Below, in pieces: positions 44,946 to 59,200 of a stretch of DNA of 64,000 nucleotides. The stretch is taken from the NCBI RefSeq assembly GCF_009914755.1, contig NC_060933.1. One strand, 5' to 3'. Each line of letters begins with the position of its first letter. Position 1 is the first letter of the stretch. The stretch comes from the human T2T-CHM13v2.0 reference genome, Homo sapiens. Below the pieces are notes generated by a model. It made no database searches. It worked only from the letters and a program-made list of their open reading frames with translations, and was not told where the DNA came from. A program made the translations under genes and the position numbers.

Positions 44946-45122
44946 ATGGAATGGAACGGAATGGAATGGAATGGAATGGAATGGAATGGAACGGAACGGA
45001 ACGGAATGGAATGGAATGGAATGGAATGGAACGGAAAGGAATGGAATGGAACGGAATGGAATGGAATGGAATGGAATCAACGCGAGTGCAGGGGAATGGA
45101 ATGGAATGGAATGCAATGGAAT

Positions 45123-45137
45123 GGAATCTTCCAGAAT
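45123..45137. promoter_or_regulatory. Canonical heat-shock element nGAAn-nTTCn-nGAAn (first of ~15 in domain B')
   Basis: GGAAT CTTCC (A/G)GAAT. Also at 45961, 46660, 47502 (GGAAA variant), 49360, 50213, 53717, 54533, 56523, 56747, 58595, 58819, 59933, 61800 and 62678. The motif match is exact; function is inferred. Confidence 0.55.
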
Positions 45138-45984
45138 GGAATGGAATGGAATGGAATGGAATCAACCCGAGTACAATGGAATGGACTGGAATGGAATGGA
45201 ATGGAATGGAACAACCCGAATGGAATGGAATGTAATGGAGAGTAAAGGAGTTAAATAGAATCATTCCGAATGTAATGGAATGGAATGGAACGGAATGGAA
45301 TTGAATGGAATGGAATGGAATGCAACGGAATGGAATCAATCCGAGTGCAATGGAATGGAGAGGAATGGAATGGAATGGAATGGAAACTACCCGAATGGAA
45401 TGGAATGTAATGGAGTGTAAGAGAATTGAATAGAATCAATCCGAATGTAATGGAATGGAATGGAAAGGAATGGAATGGAATGGAATGGAATGGAATGGAA
45501 TCAACCCGAGTGCAATCGAATGGAATCGAATGGAATGCAATGCAATGGAATGGATTCAACTTGAATGGAATGGAAAGAATGGAATCAACACGAGTGGAAT
45601 GACATGGAGTGGAATGGAATGGAATGGAATCAACCCGAGTACAGGGGAATGGAATGGAATGGAATGCAATGGAATGGAATCATCCGTAATGGAATGGAAA
45701 GGAATGGAATGGAATGGAATGGAATGGAATGGAATGGAATGGAATCAACTCGATTGCAATCGAATGGAATGGAATGGAATTAACCCAAATAGAATGGAAT
45801 GGAATGGAATGGAACGGAACGGAATGGAATGGAATGGAATGGAATGGAATGGAATGGAATGGAACGGAACGGAACGGAACGGAATGGAATGGAATGGAAT
45901 GGAATGGAATGGAATCAACGCGAGTGCAGGGGAATGGAATGGAATGGAATGCAATGGAATGGAATCTTCCGGAATGGTATGGAA

Positions 45985-48900
45985 TGGAATGGAATGGAAT
46001 CAACCCGAGTTCAATGAAATGGAGAGGAATGGAATGGAATGGAATGGAAACTACCCGAATGGAATGGAATGTAATGGAGTGTAAGGGAATTGAATAGAAT
46101 CAATCCGAATGTAATGGGATGGAATGGAACGCAATGGAATGGAATGGAATGGAATGGAATGGAATGGAATGGAATGGAATGGAATGCAATGGAATGGAAT
46201 CAACCCGAGTGCAATCGAATGGAATCGAATGGAATGGAATGCAATGGAATGGATTCAACTTGAATGGAATGGAAAGAATGGAAACAACACGAGTGGAATG
46301 ACATGGATTGGAATGGAATGGAATGGAATCAACCCGAGTACAGGGGAATGGAATGGAATGGAATGCAATGGAATGGAATCATCCGTAATGGAATGGAAAG
46401 GAATGGAATGGAATGCAATGGAATGGAATGGAATGGAATCAACTCGATTGCAATCGAATGGAATGGAATGGAATTAACCCGAATAGAATGGAATGGAATG
46501 GAATGGAACGGAACGGAATGGAATGGAATGGAATGGAATGGAATGGAATGGAATGGAATGGAACGGAACGGAACGGAACGGAATGGGATGGAATTGAATG
46601 GAATGGAATGGAATCAACGCGAGTGCAGGGGAATGGAATGGAATGGAATGCAATGGAATGGAATCTTCCAGAATGGAATGGAATGGAATGGAATGGAATG
46701 GAATGGAATCAACCCGAGTGCAATGGAATGGAGTGGAATGGAATGGAATGGAATGGAACAACCCGAATGGAATGGAATGTAATGGAGAGTAAGGGAGTTG
46801 AATAGAATCAATCCGAATGTAATGGAATGGAATGGAACGGAATGGAATTGAATGGAATGGAATGGAATGCAATGGAATGGTATCAACCCGAGTGCAATGG
46901 AATGTAGAGGAATGGAATGGAATGGAATGGAAACTACCCGAATGGAATGGAATGTAATGGAGTGTAAGGGAATTGAATAGAATCAATCCGAATGTAATGG
47001 AATGGAATGGAACGGAATGGAATGGAATGGAATGGAATGGAATGGAATGGAATGCAATGGAATGGAATCAATCCGAGTGCAATCGAATGGAATCGAATGG
47101 AATGGAATGCAATGGAATGGAATCAACTTGAATGGAATGGAAAGAATGGAATCAACAGGAGTGGAATGGCATGGATTGGAATGGAATGGAATGGAATCAA
47201 CCCGAGTACAGGGGAATGGAATGGAATGGAATGCAATGGAATGGAATCATCCGTAATGGAATAGAAAGGAATGGAATGGAATGGAATGGAATGGAATGGA
47301 ATGGAATGGAATGGAATGGAATCAACTCTATTGCAATGGAATGGAATGGAATGGAATTAACCCGAATAGAATGGAATGGAATGGAATGGAACGGAACGGA
47401 ATGGAATGGAATGGAATGGAACGTAACGGAATGGAATGGATGGAATGGAATGGAATCAACGCGAGTGCAGGGGAATGGAATGGAATGGAATGCAATGGAA
47501 TGGAAACTTCCGGAATGGAATGGAATGGAATGGAATGGAATGAAATGCAATGGATTCAACTCGATTGCAATGGAATGGAATAGAATGGAATGAAATGGAA
47601 TGGAATGCAATTAATCCGAATAGAATGGAATGGAATGGAATGGAACGGAATGGAACAGAATGGAATGGAATGGAATGGAATGGTATGGAATAGAATGGAA
47701 TGGTACGGAATAGAATGGAATGGAACGAATTGTAATGGAATGGAATTGAATGGAATGGAATGGAATGGAATGGAATCAACGCGAGTGCAGGGGAATGTAA
47801 TGGAACGGAATGCAATGGAATGGAATCATCCGGAATGGAATGGAATGGAATGGAATGGAATGGAATGGAATGGAATGGAATCAACCCGAGTGAAATGGAA
47901 TGGAGTGGAATGGAATGGAATGGAAAGGAACAACCCGAATGCAATGGAATGTAATGGAGAGTAAGGGAGTTGAATAGAATCAATCCGCATGTAATGGAAT
48001 GGAATGCAACGGAATGGAATGGAATGGAATGGAATGGAATGCAATGGAATGGAATCAACCCGAGTACAATGGAATGGAATGGAATGGAATGGAATGGAAT
48101 GGAATGGAATGATACGGAATAGAATGGAATGGAACGAAATGGAATTGAACGGAAAGGAATGGAATGGAATGGAATGGAATCGTTCCGAGTGGAATAGGAG
48201 GGAATGTATTCGAGTGGAATGGAAAGGAATGGAATCAACCAGAGTGGAATGGAAGGGAATGGAATGGAATGGAAACTAATAGAATGGAATCAACCCGAGT
48301 GGAATGGAATGGAAAGGACTGGAATGGAATGGAATGGAATGGAATCAACACGTTTGTAATGGAATGGAATGGAATGGAATGGAATGGAATGGAATGGAAT
48401 TAACCCAAATACAATGCAAGGGAATGGAATGGAATGGAAACTAATAGAATGGAATCAACCCGAGTGGAATGGAATGGAAAGGACTGGAATGGAATGGAAT
48501 GGAATGGAATCAACTCGATTGTAATGGAATGGAATGGAATGGAATGGAATGGAATTAACCCGAATACAATGGAATGGAATGGAATGGAATGGAATGGAGT
48601 GGAATGGAATGGAATCAACCCGAGTGCAGGGGAATGGAATGGAATGGAATGCAATGGAATGGAATCATCCGGAATGGAATTGAATGGAATGGAATGCAAA
48701 GCAATGGAATCAACTCGATTGCAATGGAATGGAATGGAATGGAAAGGAATACATTGGAATCAACCCGAGTGGAATGGAATGGAAAGGACTGGAATGGAGT
48801 GGAATGGAATGGAATGCAATGGAATGGAATGGAATGGAATCAACTTGATTGGAATGGAATGGAATGGAATGGAATGGAATGCAATGGAATGGAATCAACC

Positions 48901-51900
48901 CGACTGCAGGGGAATGGAATGGAATGGAATGCAATGGAATGGATTCAACTTGAATGGAATGGAAAGAGTGGAATCAACACGAGTGGAATGGCATGGATTG
49001 GAATGGAACGGAATGGAATCAACCCGAGTACAGGGGAATGGAATGGAATGGAATGCAATGGAATGGAATCATCCGTAATGGAATGGAAAGGAATGGAATG
49101 GAATGGAAAGGAATGGAATGGAATGGAATGGAATGGAATGGAATGGAATGGAATGGAATCAACTCGATTGCAATCGAATGGAATGGAATGGAATTAACCC
49201 GAATAGAATGGAATGGAATGGAATGGAACGGAACGGAATGGAATGGAATGGAATGGAATGGAATGGAATGGAACGGAACGGAATGGAATGGAATGGAATG
49301 GAATGGAATGGAATCAACGCGAGTGCAGGGGAATGGAATGGAATGGAATGCAATGGAATGGAATCTTCCGGAATGGAATGGAATTGAATGGAATGGAATG
49401 GAATGGTATGGAATAAACCCGAGTGCAATGGAATGGAGTGGAATGGAATGGAATGGAATGGAACAACCCGAATGGAATGGAATGTAATGGAGAGTAAGGG
49501 AGTTGAATAGAATCTATCCGAATGTAATGGAATGGAATGGAACGGAATTGAATGGAATGGAATGGAATGGAATGCAATGGAATGGAATCAACCCGAGTTC
49601 AATGAAATGGAGAGGAATGGAATGGAATGGAATGGAAACTACCCGAATGGAGTGGAATGTAATGGAGTGTAAGGGAATTGAATAGAATCAATCCGATTGT
49701 AATGGAATGGAATGGAACGGAATGGAATGGAATGGAATGGAATGGAATGGAATGGAATTCAATGGAATGGAATCAACCCGAGTGCAATCGAATGGAATCG
49801 AATGGAATGGAATGCAATGGAATGGATTCAACTTGAATGGAATGGAAAGAATGGAATCAACACGAGTGGAATGACATGGATTGGAATGGAATGGAATGGA
49901 ATCAACCCGAGTACAGGGGAATGGAATGGAATGGAATGCAATGGAATGGAATCATCCGTAATGGAATGGAATGGAATGGAATGGAATGGAATGGAATGGA
50001 ATGGAATGGAATGGAATCAACTCGATTGCAATCGAATGGAATGGAATGGAATTAACCCGAATAGAATGGAATGGAATGGAATGGAACGGAACGGAATGGA
50101 ATGGAATGGAATGGAATGGAACGGAAAGGAAGGGAATGGAATGGAATAGAATGGAATGCAATGGAATCAACGCGAGTGCAGGGGAATGGAATGGAATGGA
50201 ATGCAATGGAATGGAATCTTCCGGAATGGAATGGAATGGAATGGAATGGAATGGAATGGAATGGAATCAACCCGAGTGCAATGGAATGCAGTGGAATGGA
50301 ATGGAATGGAATGGAACAACCCGAATGGAATGGAATGTAATGGAGAGTAAGGGAGTTGAATAGAATCAATCCGAATGTAATGGAATGGAATGGAACGGAA
50401 TGGAATGGAATGGAATGGAATGGAATGCAATGGAATGGAATGGAATGGAATGCAATGGAATGGAATCAACCCGAGTGCAATGGAATGGAGAGGAATGGAA
50501 TGGAATGGAATGGAAACTACCCGAATGGAATGGAATGTAATGGAGTGTAAGGGAATTGAATAGAATCAATCCGAATGTAATGGAATGGAATGGAACGGAA
50601 TGGAATGGAATGGAATGGAATGGAATGGAATGGAATGCAATGGAATGGAATCAACCCGAGTGCAATCGAATGGAATCGAATGGAATGGAATGCAATGGAA
50701 TGGAATCAACTTGAATGGAATGGAAAGAATGGAATCAACACGAGTGGAATGGCATGGATTGGAATGGAATGGAATGGAATCAACCCGAGTACAGGGGAAT
50801 GGAATGGAATGGAATGCAATGGAATGGAATCATCCGTAATGGAATGGAAAGGATTGGAATGGAATGGAATGGAATGGAATGGAATGGAATGGTATCAACT
50901 CGATTGCAATCGAATGGAATGGAATGGAATTAACACAAATAGAATGGAATGGAATGGAACGGAACGGAATGGAATGGAATGGAATGGAATGGAACGGAAC
51001 GGAATGGAATGGAATCGAATGGAATGGAATCAACGCGAGTGCAGGGGAATGGAATGGAATGGAATGCAATGGAATGGAAACTTCCGTAATGGAATGGAAT
51101 GGAATGGAATGGAATGAAATGCAATGGATTCAACTCGATTGCAATGGAATGGAAGAGAATGGAATGAAATGGAATGGAATGCAATTAATCCGAATAGAAT
51201 GGAATGGAATGGAATGGAACGGAATGGAACGGAATGGAATGGGATGGAATGGAATGGAATGGTATGGAATGGAATGGAATGGTACGGAATAGAATGGAAT
51301 GGAACGAATTGTAATGGAATGGAATTGAATGGAATGGAATGGAATGGAATGGAATCAACGCGAGTGCAGGGGAATGTAATGGAACGGAATGCAATGGAAT
51401 GGAATCATCCGGAATGGAATGGAATGGAATGGAATGGAATGGAATCAACCCGAGTGCAATGGAATGGAGTGGAATGGAATGGAATGGAATGGAACAACCC
51501 GAATGGAATGGAATGTAATGGAGAGTAAGGGAGTTGAATAGAATCAATCCGAATGTAATGGAATGGAATGGAACAAAATGGAATTGAATGGAATGGAATG
51601 GAATGCAACGGAATGGAATCAACCCGAGTACAATGGAATGGAATGGAATGGAATGGAATGGAATGGAATGGAATGATACGGAATAGAATGGAATGGAACG
51701 AAATGGAATTGAATGGAAAGGAATGGAATGGAATGGAAAGGAATCGTTCCGAGTGGAATAGGAGGGAATGTATTCGAGTGGAATGGAAAGGAATGGAATC
51801 AACCAGAGTGGAATGGAAGGGAATGGAATGGAATGGAAACTAATAGAATGGAATCAACCGGAGTGGAATGGAATGGAAAGGACTGGAATGGAATGGAATG

Positions 51901-52870
51901 GAATGGAATCAACTCGTTTGTAATGGAATGGAATGGAATGGAATGGAATGGAATGGAATGGAATGGAATTAACCCGAATACAATGGAAGGGAATGGAATG
52001 GAATGGAAACTAATAGAATGGAATCAACCCGAGTGGAATGGAATGGAAAGGACTGGAATGGAATGGAATGGAATGGAATCAACTCGATTGTAATGGAATG
52101 GAATGGAATGGAATGGAATGGAATGGAATTAACCCGAATACAATGGAATGGAATGGAATGGAATGGAATTGAATGGAATGGAGTGGAATGGAATGGAATC
52201 AACCCTAGTGCAGGGGAATGGAATGGAATGGAATGCAATGGAATGGAATCATCCGGAATGGAATCGAATGGAATGGAATGCGAAGCAATGGAATCAACTC
52301 GATTGCAATGGAATGGAATGGAATGGAAAGGAATACATTGGAATCAACCCGAGTGGAATGGAATGGAAAGGACTGGAATGGAGTGCAATGGAATGGAATG
52401 CAATGGAATGGAATGGAATGGAATCAACTTGATTGGAATGGAATGGAATGGAATGGAATGGAATGGGATCAACTTGATTGGAATGGAATGGAATGGAATG
52501 GAATGGAATGGAATCAACCCGACTGCAGGGGAATGGAATGGAATGCAATGCAATGGAATGGATTCAACTTGAATGGAATGGAAAGAATGGAATCAACACG
52601 AGTGGAATGGCATGGATTGGAATGGAATGGAATGGAATCAACCCGATTAAAGGGGAATGGAATGGAATGGAATGCAATGGAATGGAATCATCCGTAATGG
52701 AATGGAAAGGAATGGAATGGAATGGAAAGGAATGGAATGGAATGGAATGGAATGGAATGGAATCAACTCGATTGCAATCGAATGGAATGGAATAGAATTA
52801 ACCCGAATAGAATGGAATGGAATGGAATGGAACGGAACGGAATGGAATGGAATGGAATGGAATGGAATGG
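45985..52870. repeat. ~3.57 kb higher-order unit, about two copies
   Basis: Private variants at near-constant offset: GAGTTCAATGAAAT (~46007/49595), GGAAACTTCC (47502/51076), GCAATTAATCCG (47607/51181), CGTTTGTAAT (~48351/51915), AACTTGATTGG (48842/52426). Confidence 0.85.
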
Positions 52871-54899
52871 AATGGAATTAACCCGAATAGAATGGAATGG
52901 AATTAAATGGAACGGAACGGAATGAAATGGAATGGAAGGGAATGGAATGGAATGGAATGGAATCAACCCGACTGCAGGGGAATGGAATGGAATGGAATGC
53001 AATGGAATGGATTCAACTTGAATGGAATGGAAAGAATGGAATCAACACGAGTAGAATGGCATGGATTGGAATGCAATGGAATGGTATCAACCCGAGTACA
53101 GGGGAATGGAATGGAATGGAATGCAATGGAATGGATTCAACTTGAATGGAAAGGAAATAATGGAATCAACACGAGTGGAATGGCATGGATTGGAATGGAA
53201 TGGAATGGAATCAACCCGAGTACAGGGGAATGGAATGGAATGGAATGCAATGGAATGGAATCATCCGTAATGGAAAGGAAAGGAATGGAATGGAATGGAA
53301 TGGAATGGAATGGAATGGAATGGAATGGAAGTAAAAGGAATAGAATGGAATGAACCCGAGTACAGGGGAATGGAATGGAATGGAATGCAATGGAATGGAA
53401 TCATCCGTAATGGAATGGAAAGGAATGGAATGGAATGGAAGGGAATGGAATGGAATGGAATCAACTCGATTGCAATGGAATGGAATGGAATGGAATTAAC
53501 CTGAATAGAATGGAATGGAATGGAATGGAACGGAACGGAACGGAATGGAATGGAATGGAATGGAATGGAATGGAACGGAAAGGAATGGAATGGAATGGAA
53601 CGGAAAGGAATGGAATGGAATGGAATGGAATGGAAAGGAACGGAACGGAATGGAATGGAATGGAATGGAATCAACGCGAGTGCAGGGGAATGAAATGTAA
53701 TGGAATGCAATGGAATGGAATCTTCCGGAATGGAATGGAATGGAACGGAATCAACCCGAGTGCAATGGAATGGAGTGGAATGGAATGGAATGGAATGGAA
53801 CAACCCTAATGGAATGGAATGTAATGGAGAGTAAGGGAGTTGAATAGAATCATTCCGAATGTAATGGAATGGAATGGAACGGAATGGAATTGAATGGAAT
53901 GGAATGGAATGCAATGGAATGGAATCAACCCGAGTGCAATGGAATGGAGAGGAATGGAATGGAATGGAATGGAAACTACCCGAATGGAATGGAATGTAAT
54001 GGAGTGTAAGGGAATTGAATAGAATCAATCTGAATGTAATGGAATGGAATGGAACGGAATGGAATGGAATGGAATGGAATGGAATGCAATGGAATGGAAT
54101 GGAATCAACAAGAGTGCAATCTAATGGAATCGAATGGAATGCAATGCAATGGAATGGATTCAACTTGAATGGAATGGAAAGAATGGAATCAACACGAGTG
54201 GAATGGCATGGATTGGAATGGAATGGAATGGAATCAACCCGAGTACAGGGGAATGGAATGGAATGGAATGCAATGGAATGGAATCATCCGTAATGGAATG
54301 GAAAGGAATGGAATGGAATGGAAAGAATGGAATGGAATGGAATGGAATGGAATGGAATGGAATCAACTCGATTGCAATCGAATGGAATGGAATGGAATTA
54401 CCCAAATAGAATGGAAAGGAATGGAATGGAACGGAACGGAATGGAATGGAATGGAATGGAATGGAATGGAATGGAATGGAATGGAATCAACGCGAGTGTA
54501 GGGGAATGGAATGGAATGGAATGCAATGGAATGGAATCTTCCGGAATGGAATGGAATGGAATAGAATGAAATGCAATGGACTCAACTCGATTGCAATGGA
54601 ATCGAATAGAATGGAATGGAATGGAATGGAATGGAATTAACCCGAATAGAATGGAATGGAATGGAATGGAAAGGAATGGAACGGAATGGAATGGAATGGA
54701 ATGGAATGGAATGGAATGGTATGGAATGGAATGGAATGGTACGGAATAGAATGGAATGGAACGAATTGTAATGGAATGGAACTGAATGGAATGGAATGGA
54801 ATGGAATGGAATCAACGCGAGTGCAGGGGAATGTAATGGAACGGAATGCAATGGAATGGAATCATCCGGAATGGAATGGAATGGAATGGAATGGAATGC

Positions 54900-56165
54900 A
54901 ATGGAATGGAATCAACACGAGTACAATGGAATGGAATGGAATGGAATGGAATGGAATGGAATGGAATGGATTGGAATGCCTTCAAACCGAATGGAATGGA
55001 AAGGAATGCAATCAACACGAGTGGAATGGAATGGAATGGAAAGGAATGGAATGGAATGGAATGGTACGGAATAGAATGGAATGGAACGAAATGGAATGGA
55101 ATGGAATGGAATAGAATGGAATCGTTCAGAGTGGAATAGGAGGGAACGTATTCGAGTGGAATGGAAAGGAATGGAATCAACCAGAGTGGAATGGAAGGGA
55201 ATGGAATGGAATGGAAACTAATAGAATGGAATCAACCCGAGTGGAATGGAATGGAAATGACTGGAACGGAATGGAATGGAATGGAATGGAATGGAATAGA
55301 ATGGAATCAACTCGATTGTAATGGATTGGAATGGAATGGAATTGAATGGAATGGAATGGAATTAACCCGAATAAAACGGAATGGAATGGAATGGAATGGA
55401 ATGGAGTGGAATGGAATGGAATCAACCCGAGTGCAGGGGAACGGAATGGAATGGAATGCAATGGAATGGAATCATCCGGAATGGAATGGAATGGAATGGA
55501 ATGCAAAGCAATGGAATCAACTCGATTGCAATGGAATGGAATGGAATGGAAAGGAATACATTGGAATCAACCCGAGTGGAATGGAATGGAAAGGACTGGA
55601 ATGGAGTGGAATGGAATGGAATGGAATGGAATGGAATCAACTCGATTGGAATGGAATGGAATGGAATGGAATGGAATGGAATTAACCCGAATAGAATGGA
55701 ATGGAATTAAATGGAAAGGAACGGAATGGAATGGAATGGAATGGAATGGAATGGAATCAACCCGACAGAAGGGGAATGGAATGGAATGGAATGCAATGGA
55801 ATGGAATCAACCCTAGTACAATGGAATGGAATGGAATGGAATGGAATGGAATGGAATGGAATGGAATTGAATGGATTGGAATGCCTTCAAACCGAATGGA
55901 ATGGAAAGGAATGGAATCAACACGAGTGGAATGGAATGGAATGGAAAGGAATGGAATGGAATGGAATAGTACGGAATAGAATGGAATGGAACGAAATGGA
56001 ATGGAATGGAATGGAATAGAATGGAATCGTTCAGAGTGGAATAGGAGGGAACGTATTCGAGTGGAATTGAAAGGAATGGAATCAACCAGAGTGGAATGGA
56101 AGGGAATGGAATGGAATGGAAACTAATAGAATGGAATCAACCCGAGTGGAATGGAATGGAACTGA
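54900..56165. repeat. ~905-bp-offset local duplication
   Basis: GGATTGGAATGCCTTCAAACC, ATCGTTCAGAGT and GGGAACGTATTCG each occur twice, about 905 bp apart (~54970-55150 and ~55875-56055), and I did not see them elsewhere. Confidence 0.8.
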
Positions 56166-56249
56166 CTGGAATGGAATGGAATGGAATGGAATGGAATGGA
56201 ATGAACTCGATTGGAATGGAATGGAATGGAATGGAATGAAATGGAATGG

Positions 56250-59200
56250 AATCATCCGTAATGGAATGGAAAGGAATGGAATGGAATGGAATGGAATGGA
56301 ATGGAATGGAATGGAATGGAATCAACTCGATTGCAATCGAATGGAATGGAATGGAATTAACCCGAATAGAATGGAATGGAATGGAATGGAACGGAACGGA
56401 ACGGAATGGAATGGAATGGAATGGAATGGAATGGAATGGAAAGGAAGGGAATGGAATGGAATGGAATGGAATGGAATCAACGCGAGTGCAGGGGAATGGA
56501 ATGGAATGGAATGCAATGGAATGGAATCTTCCGGAATGGAATGGAATGGAATGGAATGGAATGGAATGGAATGGAATAAACCCGAGTGCAATGGAATGGA
56601 GTGGAATGGAATGGAATGGAATGGAACAGCCCGAATCGAATGGAATGTAATGTAGAGTAAGGGAGTTGAATAGAATCAATCCGAATGTAATGGAATGGAA
56701 TGGAACGGAATGGAATTGAATGGAATGGAATGGAATGCAATGGAATGGAATCTTCCGGAATGGAATGGAATGGAATGGAATGGAATGAAATGCAATGGAT
56801 TCAACTCGATTGAAATGGAATGGAATAGAATGGAATGGAATGGAATGGAATGGAATGAACACGAAAAGAATGGAATGGAATGCAATGGAACGGAATGGAA
56901 CGGAATGGAATGGAATGTAATGGAATGGAATGGTATGGAATGGAATGGAATGGTACGGAATAGAATGGAATGTAAAGAATAGTAATGGAATGGATTTGAA
57001 TGGAATGGAATGGAATCAACGCGAGTGCAGGGGAATGGAATGGAACGGAATGCAATGGAATGGAATCATCCGGAATGGAATGGAATGGAATGGAATGGAA
57101 TGGAATGAAATCAACCCGAGTGCAATGGAATGGAGTGGAATGGAATGGAATGGAATGGAACAACACGAATGGAATGGAATGTAATGGAATGTAAGGGAGT
57201 TGAATAGAATCAATCCGAATGTAATGGAATGGAATGCAACGGAATGGAATGGAATGGAATGCAATGGAATGCAATCAACCAGAGTACAATGGAATGGAAT
57301 GGAATGGAATGGAATGGAATGGAATGGAATGGAATGGAATGCCTTCAAACCGAATGGAATGGAAAGGAATGGAATCAACACGAGTGGAATGGAATGGAAT
57401 GGAATGGAATGGAATGGAATGGAATGGAATGATACGGAATAGAAAGGAATGGAACGAAATGGAATGGAATGGAATGGAATGGAATGGAATGGAATGGAAT
57501 GGAATGGAATCGTTCCGAGTGGAATAGGAGGGAATGTATTCGAGTGGAATGGAAAGGAATGGAATCAACCAGAGTGGAATGGAAGGGAATGGAATGGAAT
57601 GGAAACTAATAGAATGGAATCAACCCGATTGGAATGCAATGGAAAGGACTGGAATGGAATTGAATGGAATGGAATCAACTCGATTGTAATGGAATGGAAT
57701 GGAATGGAATGGAATGGAATGGAATGGAATTAACCCGAATACAATGGAATGGAATGGAAAGGAACGGAATGGAGTGGAATGGAATGGAATCAACCCGAGT
57801 GCAGGGGAATGGAATGGAATGGAATGCAATGGAATGGAATCATCCGGAATGGAATGGAATGGAATGGAATGCAAAGCAATGGAATCAACTCGATTGCAAT
57901 GGAATGGAATGGAAAGGAATACATTGGAATCAACCCGAGTGGAATGGAATGGAAAGGACTGGAATGGAGTGGAATGGAATGGAATGGAATGGAATGGAAT
58001 GGAATGAACTCGATTGGAATGGAATGGAATGGAATGGAATGAAATGGAATGGAATTAACCCGAATAGAATGGAATAGAATGGCATGGAACGGAACGGAAC
58101 GGAATGGAATGGAATGGAATGGAATGGAATGGAATGGAATGGAATCAACCCGACTGCAGGGGAATGGAATGGAATGGAATGCAATGGAATGGATTCAACT
58201 TGAATGGAATGGAAAGAATGGAATCAACACGAGTGGAATGGCATGGATTGGAATGGAATGGAATGGAATGAACCCGAGTACAGGGGAATGGAATGGAATG
58301 GAATGCAATGGAATGGAATCATCCGTAATGGAATGGAAAGGAATGGAATGGAATGGAATGGAATGGAATGGAATGGAATGGAATGGAATCAACTCGATTG
58401 CAATCGAATGGAATGGAATGGAATTAACCCGAATAGAATGGAATGGAATGGAATGGAACGGAACGGAACGGAATGGAATGGAATGGAATGGAATGGAATG
58501 GAATGGAATGGAAAGGAAGGGAATGGAATGGAATGGAATGGAATGGAATCAACGCGAGTGCAGGGGAATGGAATGGAATGGAATGCAATGGAATGGAATC
58601 TTCCGGAATGGAATGGAATGGAATGGAATGGAATGGAATGGAATGGAATAAACCCGAGTGCAATGGAATGGAGTGGAATGGAATGGAATGGAATGGAACA
58701 GCCCGAATCGAATGGAATGTAATGCAGAGTAAGGGAGTTGAATAGAATCAATCCGAATGTAATGGAATGGAATGGAACGGAATGGAATTGAATGGAATGG
58801 AATGGAATGCAATGGAATGGAATCTTCCGGAATGGAATGGAATGGAATGGAATGGAATGAAATGCAATGGATTCAACTCGATTGAAATGGAATGGAATAG
58901 AATGGAATGGAATGGAATGGAATGGAATGAACACGAAAAGAATGGAATGGAATGCAATGGAACGGAATGGAACGGAATGGAATGGAATGTAATGGAATGG
59001 AATGGTATGGAATGGAATGGAATGGTACGGAATAGAATGGAATGTAAAGAATAGTAATGGAATGGATTTGAATGGAATGGAATGGAATCAACGCGAGTGC
59101 AGGGGAATGGAATGGAACGGAATGCAATGGAATGGAATCATCCGGAATGGAATGGAATGGAATGGAATGGAATGGAATGAAATCAACCCGAGTGCAATGG

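Noticed and set aside
48176-48215. GGAATCGTTCC and TTCGAA-type motifs as additional HSEs
   Set aside because: GAA/TTC spacing is 3 or 0 nt rather than the required 2.
45985-52870. Assignment to Y-chromosome DYZ1 because of the ~3.56 kb period
   Set aside because: Only about two copies sit within a heterogeneous mosaic, and I saw no regularly spaced HaeIII or EcoRI sites. Length alone is insufficient; alignment is needed.
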